Source: Octopus bimaculoides (lineage: Eukaryota). Taken from it: a stretch of DNA of 64,000 nucleotides. Position numbers and translations under genes: made by a program. This document shows, one piece after another, positions 41,205 to 54,069 of this stretch (position 1 is its first letter; each line of letters opens with the position of its first letter). The notes beneath the pieces were generated by a model. The model did not search any database and was not told where the DNA came from. It saw only the letters and a list, made by a program, of their open reading frames with translations. The stretch is from contig NC_068982.1 in the NCBI RefSeq assembly GCF_001194135.2, positions 71,504,491-71,568,490 of the forward strand, given 5' to 3'.

Positions 41205-41563
41205 TCTCCTTTCTCTCTCTCACTGTCTCCTACTGTCACTCCCTCCCTCTCTTGCCTCTCTCGCTCTCTCTGCTCTGGCCTCTCTCTCTCTGCTATTGAC
41301 GCTCTCTTTCTCTCTACTCTTGCCGCTCTCTCTCTCTCTGCTATTGACGCTCTCTCTCTGCTCTTGTCACTCTCTCTCTGCTCTTGTCACTCTCTCTCTG
41401 CTCTTGTCACTCTCTCTCTGCTCTGGCCTCTCTCTCTCTCTGCTATTGACGCTCTCTTTCTCTCTGCTTTTGCCGCTCTCTCTCTCTCTCTGCTCTTGCC
41501 GCTCTCGCTCTCTCTCTCTCTCTCACTTTCTCACTTTCTCTCTGTTCTTGCCGCACTCTCTCT
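41205..41563. repeat. CT-rich compound minisatellite running into a 940-N gap
   Basis: (CT)n interspersed with recurring CTGCTATTGACGCTCTC (3x) and a 20-bp unit CTGCTCTTGTCACTCTCTCT (3x). Confidence 0.9.
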
Positions 41564-43358
41564 NNNNNNNNNNNNNNNNNNNNNNNNNNNNNNNNNNNNN
41601 NNNNNNNNNNNNNNNNNNNNNNNNNNNNNNNNNNNNNNNNNNNNNNNNNNNNNNNNNNNNNNNNNNNNNNNNNNNNNNNNNNNNNNNNNNNNNNNNNNNN
41701 NNNNNNNNNNNNNNNNNNNNNNNNNNNNNNNNNNNNNNNNNNNNNNNNNNNNNNNNNNNNNNNNNNNNNNNNNNNNNNNNNNNNNNNNNNNNNNNNNNNN
41801 NNNNNNNNNNNNNNNNNNNNNNNNNNNNNNNNNNNNNNNNNNNNNNNNNNNNNNNNNNNNNNNNNNNNNNNNNNNNNNNNNNNNNNNNNNNNNNNNNNNN
41901 NNNNNNNNNNNNNNNNNNNNNNNNNNNNNNNNNNNNNNNNNNNNNNNNNNNNNNNNNNNNNNNNNNNNNNNNNNNNNNNNNNNNNNNNNNNNNNNNNNNN
42001 NNNNNNNNNNNNNNNNNNNNNNNNNNNNNNNNNNNNNNNNNNNNNNNNNNNNNNNNNNNNNNNNNNNNNNNNNNNNNNNNNNNNNNNNNNNNNNNNNNNN
42101 NNNNNNNNNNNNNNNNNNNNNNNNNNNNNNNNNNNNNNNNNNNNNNNNNNNNNNNNNNNNNNNNNNNNNNNNNNNNNNNNNNNNNNNNNNNNNNNNNNNN
42201 NNNNNNNNNNNNNNNNNNNNNNNNNNNNNNNNNNNNNNNNNNNNNNNNNNNNNNNNNNNNNNNNNNNNNNNNNNNNNNNNNNNNNNNNNNNNNNNNNNNN
42301 NNNNNNNNNNNNNNNNNNNNNNNNNNNNNNNNNNNNNNNNNNNNNNNNNNNNNNNNNNNNNNNNNNNNNNNNNNNNNNNNNNNNNNNNNNNNNNNNNNNN
42401 NNNNNNNNNNNNNNNNNNNNNNNNNNNNNNNNNNNNNNNNNNNNNNNNNNNNNNNNNNNNNNNNNNNNNNNNNNNNNNNNNNNNNNNNNNNNNNNNNNNN
42501 NNNTACATAAATGTGTGTATATGTACACTTTACTAGAAATAGTAGTCATATCTTCCCTGAAGCTACACTGTTTACAACTTAACTCCTCAGCATTTAATAC
42601 GGCCATATCGGATCCAAATATTCTACCTGTTTTATGTTTTTGAAAAAAAGCCTAACCAGATCCAGCCTCTCACACCTACCCTACAATGTCATTCAAAAAG
42701 TGTACAAACACACCATTGAAATCTCGAAGTTACAACATAATGTATGATGTGAATAAATAAACAATACATTTGACAAAGAAATACAAATGTTAAACGGTTA
42801 ATGCCTGCTCAATCTAATAAAGAATTGCAGCCAAACCTTTATCAAACTGTGTAAGTGATCACCTTGGTGCAGGAAAGGTCACATTGTGTTGTTGTATACC
42901 TCTAAAGACGTGGTGTGGTGAGTGTGGCTGTAGTACCTTTGATTATGGGTTGTTGATCTGGGTTTCAGCAAGACACTTGTTCTTGTCCCTCTTCACACTT
43001 GGAAAAGTCCACCTCTCTCAATATTGCACCACCCACTCTATCAAGGGCCTTGCTAAAGCCACAAAAATAGCACCCACTACACTCTGTAAAGTGGTTGGCA
43101 TTATGAAAGGCATTCAGCCATTCTAAACCTTGGCAAAACACTGATAGCCAACACAGCCTTCAGGTTAGTCGAACTGTCTAACCCATACCACCATAGAATA
43201 TGGACATGAAATGATGATGTCCACTAATTATAGGAATTTTCCATTACTAGAAGGAATTAAACTGCTGGAATTATATTTACTCCTGCCTTCTTTCTCTCTC
43301 TTTAAGTATAGATTGTGTATCAGAGAAAACTGATGGTGATCTTAGTTGATGTGAAGAA

Positions 43359-43395
43359 CCTGACGTTTCAGATTCTTGTCCTTTATCAGAGAGGG
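43359..43395 (-). ncRNA. Degenerate minimal (Penelope-type) hammerhead motif
   Basis: Reverse complement reads CCCTCT-CTGATAA-A-GGACAAGAATCT-GAAAC-GTC-AGG. This matches the PLE pattern CTGANGA-A-stemII-GAAACGTC except for G8>A in the core. Confidence 0.4.
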
Positions 43396-44749
43396 AGTGT
43401 GTGTGTGTGTGTGTGCATATTCCCCGCATTGAATAATTTCAACCAAAGTCAAAACAAAATGTACCAGCATTGAAAGATAACAAACACTTTTATATTCTTT
43501 ATGAAAAGATTCATGGTGCTCTTCATGTAGTATTTCTTGTCCATTGTCTCAGTTAATTTTGCTATAAAACTTCTTGTTTAGCATTTTATACATTTAGCAT
43601 ATCACATTTCACTTTCTTCTGTGGCATCTTTGCAAGTTACCAACTACATTTCACTTTAATCTATTTGCTAGCTGAGGAAACCTCAACAAAGTCTCTTAGC
43701 TTGCTGGAAATAACAGCTAAATATCTCATTACACTTAAAAAAGGGGGAAGACACATGTTGAATAATGTAATCCTAGGTACATTTTTCCTGAAAGCAAGAT
43801 GGTCATAATGGGGAAGCTTTTGATTATTGATGTGGTGAACCCAGCCATGTGGTTGCAAAATGAGTTTCTTTCTCCCATAGACATACCTTGTTTTAGGAAT
43901 ATTTTGTGCTGTCTTATTTTATATTTTCTTTGATGTGTATGTGTGTAGTTCTTTGTTTTACCTCCCTCAGGTACTTGATTAAAGTAATGAACCTTATTTG
44001 AGTAGTTGAACAACTTAACAAAAGTTCAGAACCATTCCTGTTCTGAGGATCTTGCCTTATAATTGCCTAGACTTAGGTCCATTGTGAGCCTTGGGATTCA
44101 CAGGATTGGAGTTTAACCCATTTTCCATAGTGTATAAGTAACTGACATTACAACACTCCCATATGAACAGGACCCTGATCTGTGACGGGGTTTAACTTCC
44201 CAGCTATTACTGGAACCAATTTACAGCCGAGTGGACGAGAGCAATGTGAAATGAAGTGTTTTGCTTCATGAACACAATGCGCCACCTGGTACAGGAATCG
44301 AAACCATGATCTTAAACCATCCTAACCACTAGCCCATATGCTCTTTTCTCTTTTATTTGTGTCAGTCATTGCACTGTGACCATGCTGAGGCATTGCCTTG
44401 AAGATGGTGCCTATGCTGGAGCATCACAAATAAATCAATACCAGTACTTATTTTTTAAGACTGGTACTTATTCTCTTGGTCTATTTTTCTAGACTGCTAA
44501 GTTACTGGGACATTAACAAACCAACACTGGTTATCTGGTGGTGGTGCCGGGGCCAAACAAGGACAGATGCACTCATACATGTGATTGGCTTCCTCACAGT
44601 TTCCTTCTACCAAATTCACTCACAAGGCACTGGTCAACTCTGGACTATAGGCGAAGACACTTGCTGAAAGTCCTGTGCAGTGGGACTGAACTCAAAGCCA
44701 TGTGGTTGCAAAGCAAGCCTCTTAAACCACACAGCCAATTCCTAAACCT

Positions 44750-44970
44750 ATACTCTTTATTTTTGTTTCAGTCATTTGACTGCGGCCATGCTGGAGCACC
44801 GCCTTTAGACGAGCAAATCGACCCCAGGACTTATTCCTTGAAAGCCTAGTACTTATTCTATCGGTCTCTTTGGCCGAACTGCTAAGTGACGGGGACATAA
44901 ACACACCAGCATCGGTTGTCAAGCAATGCTAGGGGGACAAACACACACACATATACATATATACGACGGG
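44750..44970 (-). mobile_element. Young copy (3' half) of the internal-microsatellite SINE; head probably in the N gap
   Basis: CpG-intact sequence GACTGCGGCCATGCTGGAGCACCGCCTTTAGACGAGCAAATCGACCCCAGG running into (AC)/(AT) then Ns. Confidence 0.8.
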
Positions 44971-45809
44971 NNNNNNNNNNNNNNNNNNNNNNNNNNNNNN
45001 NNNNNNNNNNNNNNNNNNNNNNNNNNNNNNNNNNNNNNNNNNNNNNNNNNNNNNNNNNNNNNNNNNNNNNNNNNNNNNNNNNNNNNNNNNNNNNNNNNNN
45101 NNNNNNNNNNNNNNNNNNNNNNNNNNNNNNNNNNNNNNNNNNNNNNNNNNNNNNNNNNNNNNNNNNNNNNNNNNNNNNNNNNNNNNNNNNNNNNNNNNNN
45201 NNNNNNNNNNNNNNNNNNNNNNNNNNNNNNNNNNNNNNNNNNNNNNNNNNNNNNNNNNNNNNNNNNNNNNNNNNNNNNNNNNNNNNNNNNNNNNNNNNNN
45301 NNNNNNNTATATGTGCATGAAGCTCGCTGTCCATTATGCTGTTCTCTTTATAAAGTGTTATTGCAATTTTCAACATTGTCAGTATTCTGCTGAATTCAAC
45401 AGAGATGCAGAGGAAATTGAATCTCACGATTAAATAATAGTGCAGGATATTTTAACTTTTGTGTATCTGTTTGATCTTTAATAATGGAAATGTTTTCATA
45501 TAGTAACAGTATTCAATTTGTGAGTCACATCTATATGGTGGGGGGAAAGGGAGAGGGTGTTTCTTTTTCTTCTTCTTATTTTTATTATTATTAATAATGT
45601 TATCCATGTTGGTTGGCCATGTAAAACTAACATATAAACTGGGCCAATGGGAGAATTTGTAGCAATAAGATAAGCATTGTTGTAGTTGTTGTTGTTTAAC
45701 TCCAGCTCAGCTCTGATTGAGCAGAGAGCAAACCTACGTTCAAAGATACTCCAGCTTTGACTGTTTTTTTTTATTTATTTAATTAATTTTTTTTTGTTTT
45801 TGTTTTATG

Positions 45810-47290
45810 GTAGCAAATTGGCAAAGCTGTTTAGAGCATTGGACAGAATGCCTCGTGGTATTTGTTGCAACTCTATTATTTGTTCTGAGTTCAGATGCCA
45901 CTGAGATCAACTTCCGTCTTTCATTTTGTTCAGGGCTCAGTAACATAAGTGCCAGTTGAGCATTGGGCTCAATGTAATCAACTTAACCCTACCCCATAAA
46001 GTTACTGGCCTTATACCAAAATATGAAACCATCATCATTATTATTATTAAGGTGGTGAGCTGGCAGACTCATTAGCACACTGGGTGAAATGCTTAGCAGT
46101 ATTTCACCTATCCTTACATTCTGAGTTCAAATTCCGACAAGGTTGACTTTGCCTTTCATCCTTTCAGGGTTGATGTAATCAACTTATCGCTCACCCAAAA
46201 TTTCAGGCCTTGTGCCTATAGTAGAAAGGATTATTATTATTATCATCATCATCATCATAGCAATGAACTGGCAGAATCATTAGCACGTCAGGCGAAATAC
46301 TCAGCAATATTTTGTCCGTCTGCATGTTCTCGGTTCAAATTCCACCAAATTTGACTTCGCATTTCATCCTTTCAGGGTTGATGAAATAAGTACCAGTTGA
46401 GTACTGGGGTCAATGTAATTGACTACCTCCCTCCCCTAAATTTCAGGCCTTGTGCCTATAACAGAAAGGATTATCATTATTATTATTATTATTATTTTCT
46501 ATGTCAGCCAGCCATGTAAAACTAGCATATACTAAGCCATATGGGAGAACTTGTAGCAATAAAATTAGTGTTGTTTTTGCTGTTGTTTAATTCCAGTTTT
46601 GACTATCTTATCATTTGTTATGATGGCAAATTGGTAAAATTGTTAGTGCATATTCGTTCTGAGTTCAAATGCTGCCAAGGTCAACTTAGCCATTCATGTC
46701 TTGAGAGGTTACTAAAAAAAAAAAAAAAGTAAAGTACTTATCCTGAATAGTCAACAAGCAGAACTCTAGGAAAGTCAGACTGGATACTTAGTGGTATTTG
46801 TTCCAGCTCCTTTGTATTCCAAGTTCAAATCCCACCATGACCTACCCAGAGGAGGTGATAGGCTGAACCAACATCACCGCTATTTGGCATCTTGGTTGGG
46901 GAGGTGCACAGTGCTTTAGCAGCAACCCCACTTGCAAGTGTTCTGGTCAAGTCTCCTCTTTGAGGAATTATTCTTCCTCCAGTCTTGAAGGTCCTTTAAA
47001 GGGTTTTCCGTACTACCTTGCCTCCTGACTAAAAGACTTAACCCTTTTCATACCAACCTTCCCAAGACTGCCCCTGTTTCTGTGATGCAAACTTAAGGTG
47101 GTGAACTTTTGAAGAATCGTTTGCTGCAGCATTTTGTCCTTCTTTATATTCCAAGTTCAAATTCCACCAAGGTTGACTTCGCCTCTCATCCTTGATAAAA
47201 TAAGTATCAGTTGAGCATTGGGATGTCAGTATAATTAACCAGCCCCTTTCTCCCAAAATTTCAGGCTTTGTGCCTATGGTAGAAAAGATT
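45810..47290 (+). mobile_element. Head-to-tail cluster of about 6 copies of a ~230-bp tRNA-derived SINE with (ATT)n tails
   Basis: Repeated unit AAGGYGGYGAGCTGGCAGAATC...TTCTGAGTTCAAATTCC...GTYGACTTTGCCTTTCATCCTTTCAGGG...AAGTACCAGTTGAG...CAGGCCTTGTGCCTATAGTAGAAAGGATTATT. Other copies at about 13536-13955 (2), 33575-34800 (4-5), 58150-58370, 58875-59100 and 37560-37760(-). Confidence 0.82.
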
Positions 47291-47626
47291 CTGATAGCAA
47301 TTTCTGATTTTCAAGTGGTTTATATTAAAACCTTCCATCAAAATTTCGTGTTAATTTGTTCCAGACACCAACTACAAAGTTAGTTTACTAAATTCTGTTT
47401 AATTTACCAAATTAATTGAAACGAAAGGTAATGTACCTCAACAGTTATATGGTAGTTTAAAAAAACCTGTAATTTAGGGAAAATTGAGTAACTAGCTATA
47501 AGGTTCTTTTATTGGCCTCTCCTTGGTATGCCTCATTTGTTAACGCACATGTACCTACATATACTCACATACAATATGCACTCACACATACACATACAGA
47601 AACATCTGCACATGTATGAATTTATC

Positions 47627-48409
47627 AAATTGGTTAAGAAATGAAGCTAGTATGGTCTGCTGGATGTGTAATGTTCAGTGTGCATACACGACAGTGTAAA
47701 CGCTCCCAAGAGAAAAGTTGGACATAAGAAGCATCAGATGTGGTATGCAAGAGAGACAGCTGCGCTGGTATGGTCATGCGTTGCGTATGGGTGAGGACAG
47801 CTGTGTGAAGTGTCACACCGTGACAGTGGAGGGAACCTTTAGAAGGGGTAGACCCAGGAAGACATGGGATGAGGTGGTGAAAATCGACCTTCAAACGTTA
47901 GGCCTCACACAGGCGATGACAAGCGATCGAGACCTTTGGAGATTTGCTGTGCTTGAGAAGACCTGGCAAGCCAAGTGAGATTGTAGCCATGACCGATGCC
48001 AGTGTCACATAACTGGCCCATTTAAAAGTACCCTTCAATCATCGGGCAATATGCTGTGCTTAAGAAGACCTGTTGAGTCAAGTGAAATTACAGTCGTAGC
48101 CAATGCCAGTGCTGCTTGACTGGCACGTAAAAAGCACCATTCGAGCGTGGCTGATGCCAGTGCTGTTTGACTGGCACGTAAAAAAGCACCATTCGAGCGT
48201 GGCCGATGTCAGTGCTGCCTGACTGGACCCCGTGCCGGTAGCACGTAAAAAGCACCCACTACCTTCAGATTGGTTGGCGTCAGGAAGAGCATCCAGCTGT
48301 AGGAACCTTGCCAGATCAGATTGGAGTCTGGTGTAGCCTCTTGGCTTGCCAGCCCTCAGTCAAACTGTCCAACCCATGCCAGAGCGGACGTTAGATGATG
48401 ATAATGATG
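47627..48409 (+). mobile_element. 5'-truncated RTE-clade LINE: C-terminal ORF remnant (to 47978), 3' UTR and (GAT)n tail
   Basis: Translation QERQLRWYGHALRM...RRGRPRKTWDEVVKIDLQTLGLTQAMTSDRDLWR matches the RTE C-terminal RLRWxGHV...RGRPxxxW motif. The upstream frameshifted piece gives RNEASMVCWMCNV. The UTR ends CCAACCCATGCC...GGACGTTAGATGATGAT. Confidence 0.88.
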
Positions 48410-51400
48410 CTAACAAAATGTTGTCCCTGTCTTAGAATTTGAAACATCTAACAGCAGAATGATGGCACCATCAGACAAATATATCTTGAGTGACAAACTA
48501 AGAGAAATGTTCCTTTCTCTCTCTTTACCTCTATGAAGGGGAGGAAAAAAAGACTTTTTTTTTAAAGATATTCGATATTTAAGTATAAGCCCTTAAATAG
48601 AATTTTTATGGTTTTTTTACTCCCTCTTTCCCTTTGTTTTTTTTTTTTAATTTTTTTTTTATTGAACTCATTTAGTTTCCTCAATTGTAATATCTTCCAT
48701 CTTTCCAAAACACTACAAAAAAAAATGGAAGGAATTCCTCCCTTTTTAATTCATTTTCATTCCTCTCCTCCCTCTTTTTTAGGAAATTAACATGTGTGTT
48801 CTGTTGTTTAAAAGCAAGGGAGATGACGGATAAGGTGGGAGGGGAGAAACCAACAAGTGTCATGTTGGCTGTCTGTGTCTTTTGTCCTTATGAATCTTCA
48901 CCTCCCACCCCCACCCCCACTCCTTCCATGTTCATCATCATCATCGTCATTGTCTCATTGTCACAACTGTTTCTGCTACTGTTTTTGTTTCTTTAACTTT
49001 TTTATTTTATTTTTATAAAGAGAAATTATTAATTAACGATTCATATCAAGATCGTTAATCTTCACGAGCCACATTTTCTGAACTGCTGTTCTATTTAATT
49101 TAAATCTATTTTTCAATGTGTTTTACTTTACTTTACACACACACACACACACATACACATGTATGCATATCTCTAAATGCATGTGCGTGCGTGTGTGAAA
49201 GGAGTGTGCGGTTGCGGTGTGTTTTAACTGTGCTTTTATTTCATGCAAACACATACACTTTGATAACCAACCCAAGCACTCCTAACACACGTATGTGTTA
49301 TTATTTGTCAGTTTTGTTTTGAAATTTACTTGCAACTCATTTCTTTCACCCTTCTATATAATAATAATAATAATAATCATTGGTGGTTGGGTTTTCAACC
49401 CCTCTCTTTGCCCCCCCCCTCTATCCATATATACACACACACATTTTCTCTTTCATTGTTCTCTTGGCTTCCATCTTTCAATATCTCCAATTTTTTTTTT
49501 AATCTTTTATTTATTCATTTATTTTTTTTTTTTTAATGAATATCAAACAACAAACTATCCAAGCTTCCAGCTTTGTGAAAATAAATGTTTTCTCTGTAAT
49601 GGGATTCGGTAAGACAACTTCAAAGTAAAACCAGGGAATGCTGGGAGTTATTAGATGTTTTACGTGTTTATTATTATTTTTTTTTTTGTTAGTTGCTTTT
49701 GCAACCTCCCCCCCCCCTCGTTTCTTTTTGTAGAGGTTATGGAAGTGGAGGCGGCAGAGTGGGAGGGAGAGAGGGAAATTTATTAATTTTATTTAATTTT
49801 TGTTAAAAAAAAAATTTTTTTCATTTAATTTTGTTTCTTTAAGGTATATATGCATCAAATGTTTTATTCATAATTCACACAGATGAAAACATGCATGGGT
49901 GCACATAACAAAGTTTAGATTGCAAAAGAAAAGATCCTACTCTCCCTAACACTCCCCGCACCACCCATTCACCCACACATGCACCTCTATTTAGAAAATG
50001 AATCCATACTTGTTGCTGCTGCTGCTGCTACTACTGCTGCTACTGCTTCTATTTGATTAGCATTACTCAACTCTTGACTTTACTGCCAATGTCATCTAGA
50101 TGCTTAACTCCACTTATCTATCAGCCCTGCTCCCTCCCTCCCTCACACACCTTTCTATGTTGCTTCCTTCTTTCATTCATTCATATATATATATATAATG
50201 TGTGTATTTATGCATGTATTAGCAACAGATTGGTTGGTGATGGATGGGATGCGGAAATGGAAGATTTTACTTGTTGACTCACTTGTATCTGTGATGTCTC
50301 CTCCTTTTACTCCTGCATACACTACTATGTCTCCTGCTGCAGCATAGGCTAGAGACTAAGGTGTCTGTGTGTGTGTGTGTGGTGGTGGGGGGTGGTTTGT
50401 ATAGAAACCACTTTTACACCATAAAACAAACACATTGCCCAAAAGTTGGCATATCTTAATTGGTAAATTTAATGTCAGTTCATTCTGGTTCTTTCAGATA
50501 GCAAAAGCATGAAAAAGGAACTTTAAAAGGACTATATACAAGTCCTTTTAAAGTTTCTATTACACACACACTCACACACACAGATCTGTGTGTGTATATG
50601 TGCGCGTGAAGTAAGGTCAATTTGTCTAGCATTTCCCTTCATGTTTTCAGATCCTATAAAGCAACCTTCAAAGGATATGTGCAGCTGCTGTATAAAGTAG
50701 ATACAAAAGTTATTGCCTCTTAACTCTCCCCAAAGAAATTCTTGCAACATCAAGAAAATAATTGTGAGATCTAGCCTTTTTTCTTCGTGAATGTCCATAG
50801 TTTACATATGTGTTCTCCAAGACTGAACAGGGTGAAGCTATAATACTGTATCCCAAATGTGATACCTTTTTTTTTTTTTTTGATTTTGTTTATGAATACA
50901 TGAGTACGTACCTAAGTGACAAAAGTCATCGACTACTTCTAAGCTGCTATCCAGACATCTGAGAGTATGTTTCATGTGCCTTCTTGGTGCTTACAGCATG
51001 AAGAAGGCACATGAAGGTCTGCTACATATGAAATTGTCCTTTTCTCTACCTCCCTGTGATCCTGCAACACTTCTTATGCAGCAGTTGTTTACACTATATG
51101 GAAGTCACGGACCTTACTGATTCTAGATTTTTAACTGAGTGCCTGGAATATTTCTAAATCTACTGCCAGTTCAGCTATAAGAACCTGGTAAACTCACTAC
51201 TAAATGTTAAATTCGTTATTGCTACTAATTGCTAACTTTTCACGTTGCTGACTATCACCTGTACATGATGTGCATGGCCCTCACAAATCACTCAGCTAGC
51301 TCTAGTTTTCTTTGCAAGTACCACATTACCGAACCTTCTCAGAGTCAAAACATATCCCAAGTGCAGTAGCTTACTCCCAGCTACGTAATTCTCCTGACAT

Positions 51401-51529
51401 TGCCTCCACTTGAAGAATTCGTAGTACCTCTTGCTAACACAAAGCCAAACTGCATCACATTTTGTTTTCCTGGCTGACGTGTTTATAGTCAAGATCTGAA
51501 TCATTTCTCATTTGATTACCAACACTATT

Positions 51530-51914
51530 GTGGAGGCGCAATGGCCCAGTGGTTAGGGCAGCGGACTCGCGGTCATAGGATCGCGGTTTCGATTCCCAGA
51601 CCGGGCGTTGTGAGTGTTTATTGAGCAAAAACACCTAAAGCTCCACAAAGCTCCGGCAGGGGATGGTGGCGAAACTTGCTGTACTCTTCCACCACAACTT
51701 TCTCTCACTCTTACTTCCTGTTTCTGTTGTGTCTGTAATTCAAAGGGGTGAGCTTGTCACACTGTGTCATGCTGAATATCCCCGAGAACTACGTTAAGGG
51801 TACACGTGTCTGTGGAGTGCTCAGCCACTTGCACGTTAATTTCACGAGCAGGCTGTTCCGTTGATCGGATCAACTGGAACCCTCGACGTCGTAAGCGACG
51901 GAGTGCCAACAACA
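51530..51914 (+). mobile_element. Full-length young tRNA-derived SINE with 12-bp TSD
   Basis: Pol III A box TGGCCCAGTGG and B box GGTTTCGATTCCC, intact CpGs, (CAA)n tail. Direct repeat ACCAACACTATT at 51518-51529 and 51915-51926. Confidence 0.92.
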
Positions 51915-54024
51915 ACCAACACTATTAGATAGGTTGGAGGACCATAACTTTCACTCATGCATTCCATTTTGGCATGATTTCTATGGTTGGATCCCTTTTC
52001 TTTCAATTTTTCTTAGCCTCTGTCAGCTTCTATAGCACTGTCTGTGGGGTTTTACCACCCCTGTATTACCGTCCATCTGGATGGAACCTTGTACCAGCCA
52101 CGAACATAGTTTCTATCATTCAGTCTTTATTCCATCCTATCATGTATTCAAATAGAAGTTCTTGATTGTTATTAAAAGACTCTTTCAACTTCCATATCTT
52201 CTTTTTCCATATTGTCTTGTGTCTCTAAATCCTCCGAAGCTATGTGTATACTTTGGTGTATATATGTTGCACATATTTTTAAGAATATTACATTAAACGT
52301 ACAAATTTGGAATGAAACACAAATGAAAGAACCTCATTGACGAGGAGGATTCATATTTCGTGATGATGACTGAAATTTTCATGATAATTTAATGTTCATC
52401 ATCCATGATGGTTTTTGTTTTACCTTTTTGGTACCAAGCCACCTGAGACTGCCTCTGGTTCTTTGATGAAACAACTTCCTGTTTTAAAACAATCTAAATC
52501 AAAGCTTCTATCAGTTCTGTGTTAATTTATGTTTCAAACACCAGGTTTAATAATAAGTTGTTTGACTAAATTATTCATAATTTTTCAAAATTAATTGAAG
52601 CACAATAGATGCACAATAAATGCAGGCCTGGTTAAGAAGTTTGTTTCAGGATAACATTAGGGGGTTTGGTTACACTGTGTCTACCAATTTCTCAACATAT
52701 TGGGTTGATCAATCTCTTGTGCATGTATGTATGTTTGTTTGTTTGTTTGTGTGTGTGTGCACACGCCTGTGTATGCTTGATATATATATATGTCAATTCT
52801 TTACAGCTGTTTCCAACAAATTTTTTAATTGATTAATGGATGTGTTATATCATTATAAAAACCATTTTCTTCAGATGAATACACAAACTACATTATCATT
52901 CAGTACCGATGTTTGTACTTGTCTATAGTTGTTGTGCATGTGTATGTGAATATATTTGTGTATGCTTGTATCTATATATTTCTGTGTGCTTGTGTGAATG
53001 AGTTTTTTTTTCCTTATCTTCAAGTGTGCCCATTAACTGTAAACAAGGCTTACTGTTAATTGAGGCAATGTCCTTTACTTGCAGTCAACCATAAAAGCAT
53101 GTCCGGGTTTCTTGACATGTTTCAGCTTGTTGCACAATCTTTTAATTTCACAAAAGGTATTATTCACACAGTGTGTTTGTTTCCAGTTTGCTGCATAATC
53201 ATGTCAGAGCTGTTCAGTGTTCAATAGACAACCGGATTAATTACCTTGCATGGAAACAGATGAGGATTGGCAATAGGAAGAGCATCCGGTCATAAGAAAA
53301 TCTGCCTCAATGAATTCCATTTGACCCAGGCAAGCTTGGAAAAGTGGACATTAACACAATGTTGATAAATGTATGTCAACAGAAATAATCAGCATTTAAC
53401 ATTTTCCATGCTGGCATGGGTTGGATGGCTTGACAGGAATTGCATGAGGTTCCATCATCTGTTTTGGCTAGGTACCCTACCTAATACTATCCACTCCACA
53501 GTGTACTGGGTGCTTTTTGTGTGGCACTTTGGTTTTAAGATGTCACTGCTGTTATGGTGGGTGGGTCTTCTCAAGTACAGCAATGCACCATATATCTCAG
53601 TCCTCTGTCATCTACTTTGTAAGGTTCAGCATTATGAGATCGTCCTCCAAGTAGTTCGTCCTACATCCAGTTGTCCATCTGATATGTAAATACCAAGTAT
53701 GAAGAATAAAGGAATACAGCTTTCAAAGTGTAGGGTTTATATATAATTATATCTTCATAGGCATGCACATGTGTGTTTGTGTATGTGGATATATACCTAT
53801 TCTTTTTCTGTGTGGCTGGTCCCTTTTTAATCAATGACCTGCAAATGGCAGTATCCCTTGAAAAGAAGGAAGCATTGAAAGACATGGTTTTTAGTGCATA
53901 GTACCAAGAGAAAAGGATAAGTTGACCATGGTTGAATGCTTTTGATTATAAGTGTACTCGATCAGGGATGGCCTGGTGCAAAATAGCAACTACAAAACCA
54001 ATGAAATGCAAAATTTACAGTATA

Positions 54025-54069
<45 letters not shown>

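Noticed and set aside
51530-51610. tRNA gene
   Set aside because: Has A and B boxes but continues into a SINE body with tail and TSD, and I could not fold a full cloverleaf. The same applies to the other SINE heads.
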